64,000 nt of DNA, from assembly GCA_965223415.1 (NCBI GenBank), contig OZ245002.1, positions 4,288,001 to 4,352,000 on the forward strand, written 5' to 3'. The notes beneath the pieces were generated by a model. That model searched no databases. It was not told the origin of the DNA and saw only the letters and a list, made by a program, of their open reading frames with translations. Shown piece after piece: positions 55,638 to 64,000 of this stretch (positions within the stretch are counted from its first letter, which is position 1; each line of letters opens with the position of its first letter). The DNA comes from Myxococcota bacterium (GTDB lineage Bacteria; Myxococcota_A; UBA9160; UBA6930). The position numbers and the translations under genes were made by a program.

Positions 55638-55952
55638 GTGAGCAACGTTCCGGGCGTGCCCGGCGGACGCACCTCGCTCGCCGGCCAGGTCGAAGGTGCC
55701 CTCGCGGGCGGGACGATCCAGGACCTCGGCAACGGCACGGTCCGCTTCGCGATGACCTTCGACGCATCCGGGCTCGGGCGCGATCCCGGCAGCTCGTCCT
55801 TCGACGTCAGCTACGGCCTCACCGGGCAGTTGGTCGCCCACGCGACGGTGCCGGAGCCCGCTGCGCGGCTGCTGCTCGTTGCCGGGATCCTGGGCCTGTC
55901 CGCTGGCGAACGCACCACCGGGGGCGCTCCCGAGCGCAGGCGTAGCGTCTAG
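55638..55952 (+). pseudogene. PEP-CTERM-ending ORF without signal peptide (probable gene remnant)
   Basis: ATVPEPAARLLLVAGILGLSA...RRR; only about 70 aa precede the motif. Confidence 0.5.
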
Positions 55953-56797
55953 GCCAGGTCGGGGGAGCTCGGGTTCCGGGCCAAGCGGACGTCCTCGAGG
56001 CGCAGGTCGCAGGCGGTGCGCCAGGGGTCGCCCTCGGGTGCCAGCACGTAGAAGCGGTCGTCGCGGATGGCCTGGACCGTGCGCTCGGCGATGACCTTCG
56101 GGTCGGCGCCGGTCTTCGTCGCCTCGCGGATCGCCTGCTCGACGAGACGGGTCCCGGCCGGCATCGGCTCGTCGCCGCGCTTCAGGTGGGTGGGGCGATT
56201 GCGGTCGGCGTCCCCGATGCGGGTCGCGATCAGCTCCGGGCACACGACGCTCACGCCCACCTTCGCCTGCTGCATGCGCAGCTCGTGGTAGAGGCTCTCG
56301 GACAGGGCCAGGACGGCGTGCTTGCTCATCACGTAGGCGCCGGACATCGGGGTGGCGGTGACCGCCGCCATCGAAGCCGTGTTGACCACGTGGCCTTCGT
56401 CCTGCTCGAGGAAGATCGGCACGAAGCTGCGGATGCCGTGGATCACGCCCCAGGTGTTCACGCCGAGGACCCACTCGTAGTCGGAGAGCGGGGCCTCCCA
56501 GGAGAGTCCACCGGCGAACACCCCGGCGTTGTTGCACACCACGTGGGCCGCGCCGAAACGGTCTCGGGTCGCCTCGGCGAGAGCCTGCACCGAGTCCGCC
56601 CGCGCGACGTCCGTGACCCGCCCCTCGGCCTCGATACCGGCGCCCCGGAGCCGCGCCACGACCTCGTCCAAGGCCGCTCCGTCCACGTCGGCGACCATCA
56701 CGCCCATTCCCTGGCCGCCGAGACGCTCTGCCATCGCGCGACCGATCCCGCTGGCGCCGCCCGTCACCACGGCCACCTTGCCCGAGAGCTCCTGCAT
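55949..56797 (-). CDS. SDR family oxidoreductase
   Basis: TGGASGIG, NNAGV, YVMSK. Confidence 0.93.
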   Translation of the reverse strand: MQELSGKVAVVTGGASGIGRAMAERLGGQGMGVMVADVDGAALDEVVARLRGAGIEAEGRVTDVARADSVQALAEATRDRFGAAHVVCNNAGVFAGGLSWEAPLSDYEWVLGVNTWGVIHGIRSFVPIFLEQDEGHVVNTASMAAVTATPMSGAYVMSKHAVLALSESLYHELRMQQAKVGVSVVCPELIATRIGDADRNRPTHLKRGDEPMPAGTRLVEQAIREATKTGADPKVIAERTVQAIRDDRFYVLAPEGDPWRTACDLRLEDVRLARNPSSPDLA

Positions 56798-56808
56798 CGC
56801 CCCTCCTC

Positions 56809-56857
56809 TCGTCAGTCGTCAGTCGTCAGTCGTCAGTCGCCAATCGTCCGTCGCCCG
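56809..56857. repeat. Heptamer tandem repeat (TCGTCAG)x4 plus 3 degenerate units
   Basis: TCGTCAG at 56809, 56816, 56823, 56830, then TCGCCAA, TCGTCCG, TCGCCCG. Confidence 0.92.
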
Positions 56858-57589
56858 GCTGCGCTCGCCGCTGGCGAAGCGTCCCGCGCGCAGGAAGTGT
56901 ACGACCTCGTCCGCGACCCGATCATCCCGGCGGATCTGCACGTGGCCCTGGGGCACGATCAGGAAGTCGGTCATGCCTTCGACCCGGGCGCTCTCCACGG
57001 AGACGACGCCGTCGCTGGCACCGGTGACGATCCAGCGGCCGAAGCGCGTCGAGAGGGGATGCGCACCGGCGATGATGCCGAGCTCGTAGTCCGGGGGCGC
57101 CAGGCGGTTCGGGAAGCTCCCGCGGCCGGTGCCGAGGCTCGCCGCCGTGGGCCCCAGCACGATTCGGAACCACCAGTCGTCGCCGAAGGTGTCGACCAGC
57201 TCGCTGCCCTTGTTGGGCGGCGCGATCATCACCACCCGCCCGAGGCCGTCCGGTCGCTCTTCCGCGAGCAGCGCCCGGGTGACGACGCCGCCCAGCGAGT
57301 GGGTGACGAAGTGGAGCGGCAGCTCGTCCGCCAGGCAGCAGGCTCCGAGGGCGGCGTGGACGTGGCGTACCAGCCCGTCGGGGGGCTCGCTGCGGGAGGG
57401 GTAGCCGACGTTGTGCACGGCGTAGCCCTCCTGGTGGAGGCGCTTCTCGAGGGGGCGCATCGCCCGCGGCGTGCGCGCCAGGCCATGGAGCAATACCACG
57501 CGCTCGCTCGGCGTCTCCTCCGCGGCGGCGGGCCGGAGGCCGGCGACCAGGGTCAGGAGGGCGGTGGCGGTGATCGCGGCGCGCCTCAA
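56819..57589 (-). CDS. Exported alpha/beta hydrolase (lipase/esterase-like)
   Basis: Signal peptide, [27 protein letters not shown] start overlapping the upstream TGA. Confidence 0.87.
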   Translation of the reverse strand: MRRAAITATALLTLVAGLRPAAAEETPSERVVLLHGLARTPRAMRPLEKRLHQEGYAVHNVGYPSRSEPPDGLVRHVHAALGACCLADELPLHFVTHSLGGVVTRALLAEERPDGLGRVVMIAPPNKGSELVDTFGDDWWFRIVLGPTAASLGTGRGSFPNRLAPPDYELGIIAGAHPLSTRFGRWIVTGASDGVVSVESARVEGMTDFLIVPQGHVQIRRDDRVADEVVHFLRAGRFASGERSRATDDWRLTTDD

Positions 57590-58809
57590 TCGACGAGGGC
57601 CCCGTACACGATCGCCTTCAGCTGGCCGCGGAAGTCGAAGGTGCGCGACGGCATGAGCTGGGTCATGAACACGACGATCAGCTCCTCGGCCGGATCGATC
57701 CAGAAGATCGTGCTGGCCGCTCCGCCCCAGGCGTACTCGCCGACCGAGCCCACGTTCTGGCCCTTCACGACATCGCAGGTGATCGAGAAGCCCAGGCCGA
57801 AGCCGGTGCCGTCGTAGGGCGTCTCCGAGAACATGCCGACGGCCGCGTCCGACAGGTCCTGGCCGTCGGGCAGGTGGTTGCGGGTCATCAGGTCGAGGGT
57901 GCGCGGGCCGAGGATGCGGACCCCATCGAGGGAGCCCCCGTTCAGCAGGGCCTGGCAGAAGCGGAGGTAGTCCCCCGCCGTCGAGACGAGCCCCCCTCCC
58001 CCGGAGAAGAAGGTCACGTCCCCCAGGTAGGGGCTGTCTTCCGGGTCGTCCTCGAGGCGCAGCCGCTTGCGGGGCCCGCGCACGTAGCAGGCGGCGAAGC
58101 GGTCGCGCAGCGCGTCGGGCACGCGGAAGCCGGTCTCGTTCATGCCGAGGGGCCGGAACACGTGCTTCTCGAGGTAGCGGTCGAACGGCAGGCCCGAGAT
58201 CACCTCGACCAGGTGACCGCAGACGTCCGTCGCCACCGAGTAGTTCCACGCCGTGCCCGGAGCGAACTCGAGGGGGAGGGTGGCGAGCTGCTGCACCATG
58301 TCCCGTAGGGTGCTGCCCGGCTTGCGCTCGCCCACACCGAGCTTGCGGTAGGCCGCATCGACGTTCGTGCGCTCCATGAAGCCGTAGGTGAGTCCGGAGG
58401 TGTGGGTGAGCAGGTCGCGGACGGTCATCGGCCGCTCGCAGGGGCGCGTCACGAAGTGGGGATGGTTGCCCGTCACGTAGACGCCCAGGTCCTTCCACTC
58501 CGGGATGAAGCGGTGTACCGGATCCGTCAGCCGGAAGCGGGCCTCCTCGTGGAGCTGCATCAGGGCGACCGAGGTGATCGGCTTCGACATGGAGTAGATC
58601 CGGAAGAGCGTGTCCAGCTCTACCGGGCGCCCCCGCTCCCGATCCCGCTGGCCCAGGGCGGAGGCGTGGACGACCTCGCCGCGCCGGGCCACGACGGTGA
58701 GCGCGCCGGGGATCTTGTCCCGATCGATGTACTGCTCCTGCAGGTGGCGATCGATCTGGGCCAGGCGGGCGCTGTCGAGCCCCACGTCCTCGGGGCGGGC
58801 GGTGATCAC
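57586..58809 (-). CDS. Serine hydrolase, beta-lactamase/EstB family
   Basis: YSMSK (SxxK), LLTHTSG, WNYS, WGGAAST; GTG start after GAGGAG. Confidence 0.93.
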   Translation of the reverse strand: MITARPEDVGLDSARLAQIDRHLQEQYIDRDKIPGALTVVARRGEVVHASALGQRDRERGRPVELDTLFRIYSMSKPITSVALMQLHEEARFRLTDPVHRFIPEWKDLGVYVTGNHPHFVTRPCERPMTVRDLLTHTSGLTYGFMERTNVDAAYRKLGVGERKPGSTLRDMVQQLATLPLEFAPGTAWNYSVATDVCGHLVEVISGLPFDRYLEKHVFRPLGMNETGFRVPDALRDRFAACYVRGPRKRLRLEDDPEDSPYLGDVTFFSGGGGLVSTAGDYLRFCQALLNGGSLDGVRILGPRTLDLMTRNHLPDGQDLSDAAVGMFSETPYDGTGFGLGFSITCDVVKGQNVGSVGEYAWGGAASTIFWIDPAEELIVVFMTQLMPSRTFDFRGQLKAIVYGALVD

Positions 58810-58873
58810 GGCGTTCTCCTCGGCAGGGATTCCGGCGGGAGGGTACAGTGTTGCCCCGCCACGGAGGATCCCC

Positions 58874-59806
58874 ATGCCCGTCGACCCCGGACTCCAGATC
58901 ATCCTCGAACAGCTCGCGGCCAGCCCGGGCCCGAAGCTCCACGAGCTCGAGCCCGCGGCGGCGCGCACCTTCTTCGACGAGATGCAGGTGCCGAGCGAGG
59001 AGATCCCCCTGGCCTCGGTCGAGGACCGCACGATTCCGGGTCCGGCGGGAGCGATCCCCGTGCGCCTCTATCGCCCGCAGACCGACGCGCCGCTTCCGGT
59101 GCTCTTGTACTTCCATGGAGGCGGCTGGGTGATCGGCAGCCTCGACACCCACGACTCCACCTGCCGCGACCTCGCCCGCCAGGCCGGCTGCGCTGTGGTA
59201 TCCGTCGACTACCGACTCGCGCCGGAGCACCCCTATCCCGCCGCGGCCGACGATTGCTACGCAGCCACCTGCTATGTGGCCGCGAACGGCGCCGAGCTCG
59301 GCGTGGACGGCAGCCGTCTCGCGATCGGCGGCGACAGCGCCGGCGGGAACCTCGGCGCCGTTGTCGCCCAGATGGCGCGGGACAAGGACGGGCCGCGGCT
59401 CGCCTTCCAGCTCCTGATCTACCCGGTGACCGATGCGGACTTCACCCGGGCCTCGTACGTCGAAAACGCCGAGGGCTACCTGCTCGAGACCGCCTCGATG
59501 CGCTGGTTCTGGGACCACTACGTGCCCGACCCGGCGCGTCGTGCCGAGGCCTACTGCGCCCCGCTCCGGGCAGCCGACCTGGCCGGCCTGCCTCCCGCCC
59601 TGCTGATCACCGCGGAGTTCGATCCGCTGCGGGACGAGGGCGAGGCCTACGGGCGTCGGCTGGAGGAGGCGGGCGTGGCGGTCGCGGCACGTCGCTACGA
59701 CGGCATGATCCACGGGTTCTTCGGCATGGGCCTCCTGGCCCAGGCGGCGCGAGACGCCGTCGCCGAGGCCTCTGAGGCGCTTCGCAAGGCACTCGCTTCC
59801 GCCTGA
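58874..59806 (+). CDS. HSL-family (family IV) esterase/lipase
   Basis: [29 protein letters not shown]. Confidence 0.95.
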   Translation: MPVDPGLQIILEQLAASPGPKLHELEPAAARTFFDEMQVPSEEIPLASVEDRTIPGPAGAIPVRLYRPQTDAPLPVLLYFHGGGWVIGSLDTHDSTCRDLARQAGCAVVSVDYRLAPEHPYPAAADDCYAATCYVAANGAELGVDGSRLAIGGDSAGGNLGAVVAQMARDKDGPRLAFQLLIYPVTDADFTRASYVENAEGYLLETASMRWFWDHYVPDPARRAEAYCAPLRAADLAGLPPALLITAEFDPLRDEGEAYGRRLEEAGVAVAARRYDGMIHGFFGMGLLAQAARDAVAEASEALRKALASA

Positions 59807-59849
59807 ACGGACGGTCAGCCGGAGGCGAAAAGACCTCCGAATTCCCCGC

Positions 59850-59877
59850 TCAATCCCCGGTCTCCGTCGACCGATGT
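59850..59877 (+). promoter_or_regulatory. Sigma28 (FliA/SigD)-like promoter
   Basis: TCAA-N16-ACCGATGT. Confidence 0.55.
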
Positions 59878-59915
59878 TAGGCATTACGGACGTCCGCCCG
59901 TCCGCAGGAGCCCCG

Positions 59916-62024
59916 TTGCCGAACCCGTGCACCCGCTCTTCCCCGGTCGTCTGGGTCGTCTCCGCCGACGAGACCCTCTGGAGAGAGGCCGCGACGGCCC
60001 TGGAAGCCCTCGATGCGGCCACGGTGACCTTCCACTGGGAGGAGCTCGGCGCCGGGCGGCCCGCTCGGCCGGATCTCCTGCTGCTGGACGTGCGGGGTGG
60101 CGTCGACCCGGAGAAGCATCGGGAGCCCCTGCCCGCGGAAGGCCGGTACCGGGCGCCGCGGCTGCTGCTCTGCGACGAGGAGGAGGCCGCCGAGGAGGGG
60201 TTGGTGGCGTTTCCCCACGACGATGTGGTGGCTGCGCCAGGAGGCGCCGTGCCCTGGCCGCGGGTCTGCCTCCGCGCGCGGCGGCTGCTGGCCCGGGCGG
60301 CGGAGCTCGCGGCGCTTCGTACGGAACGGGACACGGCGGTCTGTGCGAGAGAGCTGGCCGGGGCGGCGAGCTGGAGCGTGGATCCGGATTCCGGGTGGGT
60401 GGAGTGCTCCGAGGAGATCGCCTCCGCGCTGGACGACGCCGGCCCGTGGCGACAGGGCCCGGAGTGGGAGCGGCTCCTCGCCCTCCTCTCGCCGGGCGCG
60501 CGGAGACACCTGACCGACACGATCGGCGACGTGGTGCGAAAGGGAGGCACCCGGGTCGTGGAGCACGCGGTGCGGGGGCCGTCCGGAGGAACCCGGACGC
60601 TCCTCCACCGCGTCCGCCGACTCGAGGAGGGCTCTCGGCGGGTGGTCGGCGCCATGCTCGACGTCACCGACGAGCGGGAGTCGTTCCGCCAGCTCCAGAA
60701 GCTCGCCCACTTCGACGCCCTGACCGGCCTGGTGACCCGCCACCACTTCCTGAGCCGGCTCTCGGAGGCGCTCACCCAGACGGGCGCGGACGCGCCGCTC
60801 GGCCTGCTCTACGTCGACCTCGACGGCCTCAAGAACGTGAACGATCGGATGGGCCATCGCGGGGGAGACCTGCTCCTCCGCTACGCCGCCGCGCGCCTGC
60901 GCCGCGCGGTGCGGGATGCGCCGGAGGTGCCGAACCGGGTGCTCGAGGCCGAGCGACCCATCCTCGGACGGCTGGGCGGGGACGAGTTCGCGGTGTTCCT
61001 TCCGGGCCTCGATCGCGACCAGGCCGTATCGGTCGCGATACGCGTCGTCGACTCCTTCCGCGAGGTCTTCGAGGTAATGGGTGGACGGGTCGCTGCGACC
61101 GCCAGCGTCGGCGTCGCGGCCGCGCCGGGGGACGCCGAGGCGGCAGACGAGCTGATCCGGCATGCCGATGCGGCGATGTACGAGGCCAAGAACCAGGGTG
61201 GGGATCGCAGCCACCTCTACGAGCCGAGCCTCGCGCGCAGCCGCAATCGCCGGCGCGAGCTCCGCGACCACCTGCGGGCCGCCATCGAGCGCGGCGAGCT
61301 CGGTGTGCGCTACCAGCCGCGCGTCCAGCTGCGCAGCGGGCGGGTCGCGGGCGCCGAAGCGCTGATGCGCTGGACGAGCCCCGAGCTCGGGCGGGTCTCG
61401 CCCGCCGAGTTCATCCCGGTGGCCGAGGAGGCGGGGCTGATCGGCGCCCTCGGCGATCTCGCCCTCGAGCAGGCGTGTCGCGACGTCCACCGCTTCGACG
61501 AGGCCGGCCTCGACGCCATCCGGCTCTCGGTCAACGTTTCCGGGGCCCAGCTGATGGAGCCTGACTACGGACCGAACCTCTTCTGCGCGCTGCAGGAGTC
61601 CGGCGTCGATCCCTCCCGGATCGAGCTGGAGGTGACGGAGAGCGTCGCGCTCTTCGGCCTCGACAGTGTGGCGGCCCTGCTGCGTGAAGTGCGCACCGCC
61701 GGTGTCCACGTGGCCCTGGACGATTTCGGCACCGGCTACTCGTCGCTCGGCGTCCTGCTCGATCTCCCCCTCGACTGCCTCAAGCTCGACCAGAGCGTGA
61801 TCCGCGACCTGCACATGAACCCGGACGCGGCGAGCGTCGTGCGCGCCATGATCGTCATGGGCCACAGCCTCGGACTCAGCGTCGTGGGCGAGGGCGTCAG
61901 CGAGCCGTCCCAGGAGCGCCTGCTTCGCGAGCTGGACTGCGACGAGATGCAGGGCTTCCTGGTCGCGCCGGCGATCGCTGCCGAGGAGCTGATCGACCTG
62001 GTGCGGCGGAGGAACCGGGCATGA
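59916..62024 (+). CDS. Diguanylate cyclase/phosphodiesterase (degenerate REC-PAS-GGDEF-EAL)
   Basis: DALTGL, RLGGDEF, AEALMRW, ELEVTES, DDFGTGYSS, EGV, MQG; TTG start after AGGAG chosen over ATG 59874. Confidence 0.93.
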   Translation: MPNPCTRSSPVVWVVSADETLWREAATALEALDAATVTFHWEELGAGRPARPDLLLLDVRGGVDPEKHREPLPAEGRYRAPRLLLCDEEEAAEEGLVAFPHDDVVAAPGGAVPWPRVCLRARRLLARAAELAALRTERDTAVCARELAGAASWSVDPDSGWVECSEEIASALDDAGPWRQGPEWERLLALLSPGARRHLTDTIGDVVRKGGTRVVEHAVRGPSGGTRTLLHRVRRLEEGSRRVVGAMLDVTDERESFRQLQKLAHFDALTGLVTRHHFLSRLSEALTQTGADAPLGLLYVDLDGLKNVNDRMGHRGGDLLLRYAAARLRRAVRDAPEVPNRVLEAERPILGRLGGDEFAVFLPGLDRDQAVSVAIRVVDSFREVFEVMGGRVAATASVGVAAAPGDAEAADELIRHADAAMYEAKNQGGDRSHLYEPSLARSRNRRRELRDHLRAAIERGELGVRYQPRVQLRSGRVAGAEALMRWTSPELGRVSPAEFIPVAEEAGLIGALGDLALEQACRDVHRFDEAGLDAIRLSVNVSGAQLMEPDYGPNLFCALQESGVDPSRIELEVTESVALFGLDSVAALLREVRTAGVHVALDDFGTGYSSLGVLLDLPLDCLKLDQSVIRDLHMNPDAASVVRAMIVMGHSLGLSVVGEGVSEPSQERLLRELDCDEMQGFLVAPAIAAEELIDLVRRRNRA

Positions 62025-62725
62025 ACGACGGGGACCGGACGCAGCGCGACGGAGTGAGCGTGGCTCCGGACGACGCGGTGGCTCCCTTCGGTCCGGGGAT
62101 CCGGGTGGCCTTGCGCCAGTATGCGCCGGAGGGGCAGGACCGTGGCCTCCGCGAGCTGGGCGTCGGCGAGATCCTCACGCGCCCGCGGCTGGGCGAGCGC
62201 CTCGAGATCCGCATCCGCGGCGAGCGCGGGCTCGCGTCGAGCCCGGTTCGCGAGCTGTGCCTCCTCGGGGGGAGCCGTCTCGCCGTGGTGACCGGCCGCT
62301 GCGTCTACGTGCTGAGCCTCCTGGAAGGCGAGAGCAGCGCGCCGGAGCCGCCGGGCTTCCAGGAGCGCATCGCTGCGATGCTCGACGAGCCCGCCGCGCC
62401 CGAGACGGACCCAGGCGCGATGACCCAGTACGTCCGCATCGGCGAACCGCTCCTGCGTCCCGGGCGGGCTCCGCTCCTCGGGTGCAGCGTGCGCATCGAG
62501 CGCCGGCCGGTCGCGGATCCCGAGGCCAAGCCGGAGGCCCTCGGCAGCGGCCGGCTCCTGGCGGAGCCGGAGCTCGGCCTCTCCCTGCGCTTCCAGGACG
62601 GGGACGGCCAGGTCGTGACGACCTCGCCGCTCGAGGCCGTCGAGCTCGACGGTCCCGGCGTGGTCGAGGCCCGGACCCGCAACTCCCGCTACCGCTTCGA
62701 GGTGGAGCCGGACGAGCCGGCCTGA
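62021..62725 (+). CDS. Hypothetical protein with an internal duplicated beta-rich domain
   Basis: ATGA overlap with GGDEF-EAL; two copies of LG.G.(I/L)L..P.LG..L......G....(S/T)SP(V/L)...T...Y. Confidence 0.7.
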   Translation: MNDGDRTQRDGVSVAPDDAVAPFGPGIRVALRQYAPEGQDRGLRELGVGEILTRPRLGERLEIRIRGERGLASSPVRELCLLGGSRLAVVTGRCVYVLSLLEGESSAPEPPGFQERIAAMLDEPAAPETDPGAMTQYVRIGEPLLRPGRAPLLGCSVRIERRPVADPEAKPEALGSGRLLAEPELGLSLRFQDGDGQVVTTSPLEAVELDGPGVVEARTRNSRYRFEVEPDEPA

Positions 62726-62735
62726 GGCCCCTGCC

Positions 62736-62785
62736 GACGAGCGCCGAGCCGACTTGCGGCACCGATGACGAGCGCCGAGCCGACT
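62736..62785. repeat. 19-bp perfect direct repeat, period 31 bp
   Basis: GACGAGCGCCGAGCCGACT at 62736 and 62767. Confidence 0.85.
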
Positions 62786-62800
62786 CGCGGGCGAGCCGGG

Positions 62801-62828
62801 TCAATCCAGCGCGGTGCCTTGCCGATAG
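62801..62828 (+). promoter_or_regulatory. Sigma28 (FliA/SigD)-like promoter
   Basis: TCAA-N16-GCCGATAG; the GTG start follows 18 nt after the -10 box. Confidence 0.65.
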
Positions 62829-62846
62829 GGGGGTGGGAGGGCGCCG

Positions 62847-63881
62847 GTGAGGGATCGTTGGATCTGGCTGGCCGATGACGGCGAGCTCGAGGGCCTGCGC
62901 GGAACGCTTCAGGCCGCGGGCCTCCAGGTCGAGCGCGAGCCGATCCCCGCCGGCTTCCTTGGCTCCTCCCAGCCGGTGCTGCTCGGCTCCCCGGCGCGGA
63001 TCGCCGACCTCTGCGCGCGGTCGCCCGGCGCCCTCAGCGTGGCGGTCCTCGCCAGCGACGAGCTCGAGCCGGCCCTGGCCCTGGACGCCTGGGTCCGCCG
63101 GCCGTTGCACCCCTTCGCCCTCGTCACCCTGCTCGAAGCGCTGGCCCATCCGGGCGGCGAGCGCCGCTGGGCCCAGCGGGTTGCGATCGGTGCTCCCACC
63201 CGGGGGTGGACCCGCCACGGCTTCCGCCGCGCAACCCTGGTCGATCTCTCGGCCTGCGGTGCCCGGCTCCTCTGCGAGACCCCCGTCAAGGTGGGCGCTC
63301 GCATGCTGGTGTGGCTTCCCCGAGCGCCCGGCTTCCGCTGGCCGCGCCGGGTGAGCGGCCGCGTGCTGCGCTGCGAGCCCAACGCCTGGGAACGTCCGAC
63401 GCCCCACGCGATCGCCCTCTCGTTTACCGGCGTTCCCCTGGCCGCGCGCCGTCGCCTCCAGGCCCTCCTCCATCACCACGCCGGCGCCCGTCTCTCCCCG
63501 GCGCGCCCCCGCTCCGTCGCGGCCCCGAGCGTCCTGCGCGACCGGCGCGTCCACGAGCGTCACACCTATGATCGCCGCGTCATCGCCCATCGTCAGGAGG
63601 GCCCCGTGGTCCTCCGCGCTCGGGATCTCTCCGTCGCCGGCCTCCGCATCGAGCCCGCGGACGGGCTCGCCGTCGGCAGCCCTCTCGCGCTGGCCATCCA
63701 GGTCAAGTCGGGCACCACGCCCCTGGTCGTCAAGGGCCGCGTCGCCCGGGACGACGGCGAAGCCGGGATGTCCGTTCTCTTCGACGACCTCGACGCCCAG
63801 CGGAAGGATGTCCTGGTGAAGATGCTGGAGGAGCTCGCCGACGGCGGCGTGCAGGTCGAGCTGGAGCCGCTGCCGGGCTGA
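62847..63881 (+). CDS. Tandem PilZ-domain protein with degenerate N-terminal receiver-like region
   Basis: RRWAQR + DLSACG and RRVHER + DLSVAG; GGGAGG RBS. Confidence 0.87.
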   Translation: MRDRWIWLADDGELEGLRGTLQAAGLQVEREPIPAGFLGSSQPVLLGSPARIADLCARSPGALSVAVLASDELEPALALDAWVRRPLHPFALVTLLEALAHPGGERRWAQRVAIGAPTRGWTRHGFRRATLVDLSACGARLLCETPVKVGARMLVWLPRAPGFRWPRRVSGRVLRCEPNAWERPTPHAIALSFTGVPLAARRRLQALLHHHAGARLSPARPRSVAAPSVLRDRRVHERHTYDRRVIAHRQEGPVVLRARDLSVAGLRIEPADGLAVGSPLALAIQVKSGTTPLVVKGRVARDDGEAGMSVLFDDLDAQRKDVLVKMLEELADGGVQVELEPLPG

Positions 63882-63912
63882 CGCGTGGGGGTCGATCGCT
63901 TCCGGGGTCGCC

Positions 63913-64000
63913 CTACCGGAACAGCCGCGACACGCTCGACCCGTCGTGGATCGCTCGAATCGCGTTCGCGAAGAGCGGCGCGACGGAGCGCACCTCGATT
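63913..64000 (-). CDS. prs: Ribose-phosphate pyrophosphokinase, C-terminal end (partial)
   Basis: Manual translation IEVRSVAPLFANAIRAIHDGSSVSRLFR* matches the typical Prs C-terminus. Confidence 0.8.
   Translation of the reverse strand, partial: IEVRSVAPLFANAIRAIHDGSSVSRLFR

Noticed and set aside
56819..60775. 1318-aa minus-strand ORF
   Set aside because: GC-rich shadow frame over three real genes; only the last 256 codons (the hydrolase) look coding.

Overview
This is a 64 kb window of a very GC-rich bacterial chromosome (roughly 70% or more by eye). The gene mix suggests a Myxococcota/deltaproteobacterial-type organism, which is inference only. I see no rRNA, tRNA, CRISPR array, transposase or phage genes. 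Most of the window is dense lipid/xenobiotic catabolism: SDRs, five luciferase-like (LLM, mostly F420-type) oxidoreductases, enoyl-CoA hydratases, acyl-CoA dehydrogenases, a P450, a ferredoxin, a CoA transferase, hydrolases and a sulfotransferase, plus ilvA and the 3' end of prs. It also holds a complete chemosensory operon (mcp-cheA-cheW-cheB-cheR-cheY-cheX-like-PilZ/cNMP) and a c-di-GMP cluster (GGDEF-EAL, duplicated-domain protein, double PilZ). Most notable: (1) a secreted 75-aa peptide with eight Asn-Pro-Cys repeats directly after an orphan RnfD/NqrB-like gene and a DUF2330 gene; (2) a TetR resembling Vibrio LuxR/HapR/SmcR with a matching 22-bp operator beside fatty-acid genes; (3) a rearranged SigX-CfrX-CmpX-like module; (4) a CheA with MshEN-like repeats paired with an MCP carrying an Aer2-like heme PAS; (5) a bacterial homologue of eukaryotic UPF0462/C4orf33; (6) pervasive leaderless and bidirectional TANNNT promoters and three sigma28-like promoters. 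All family calls come from motif recognition and recalled sequences, not database searches. Several start codons were re-picked from the ORF track.
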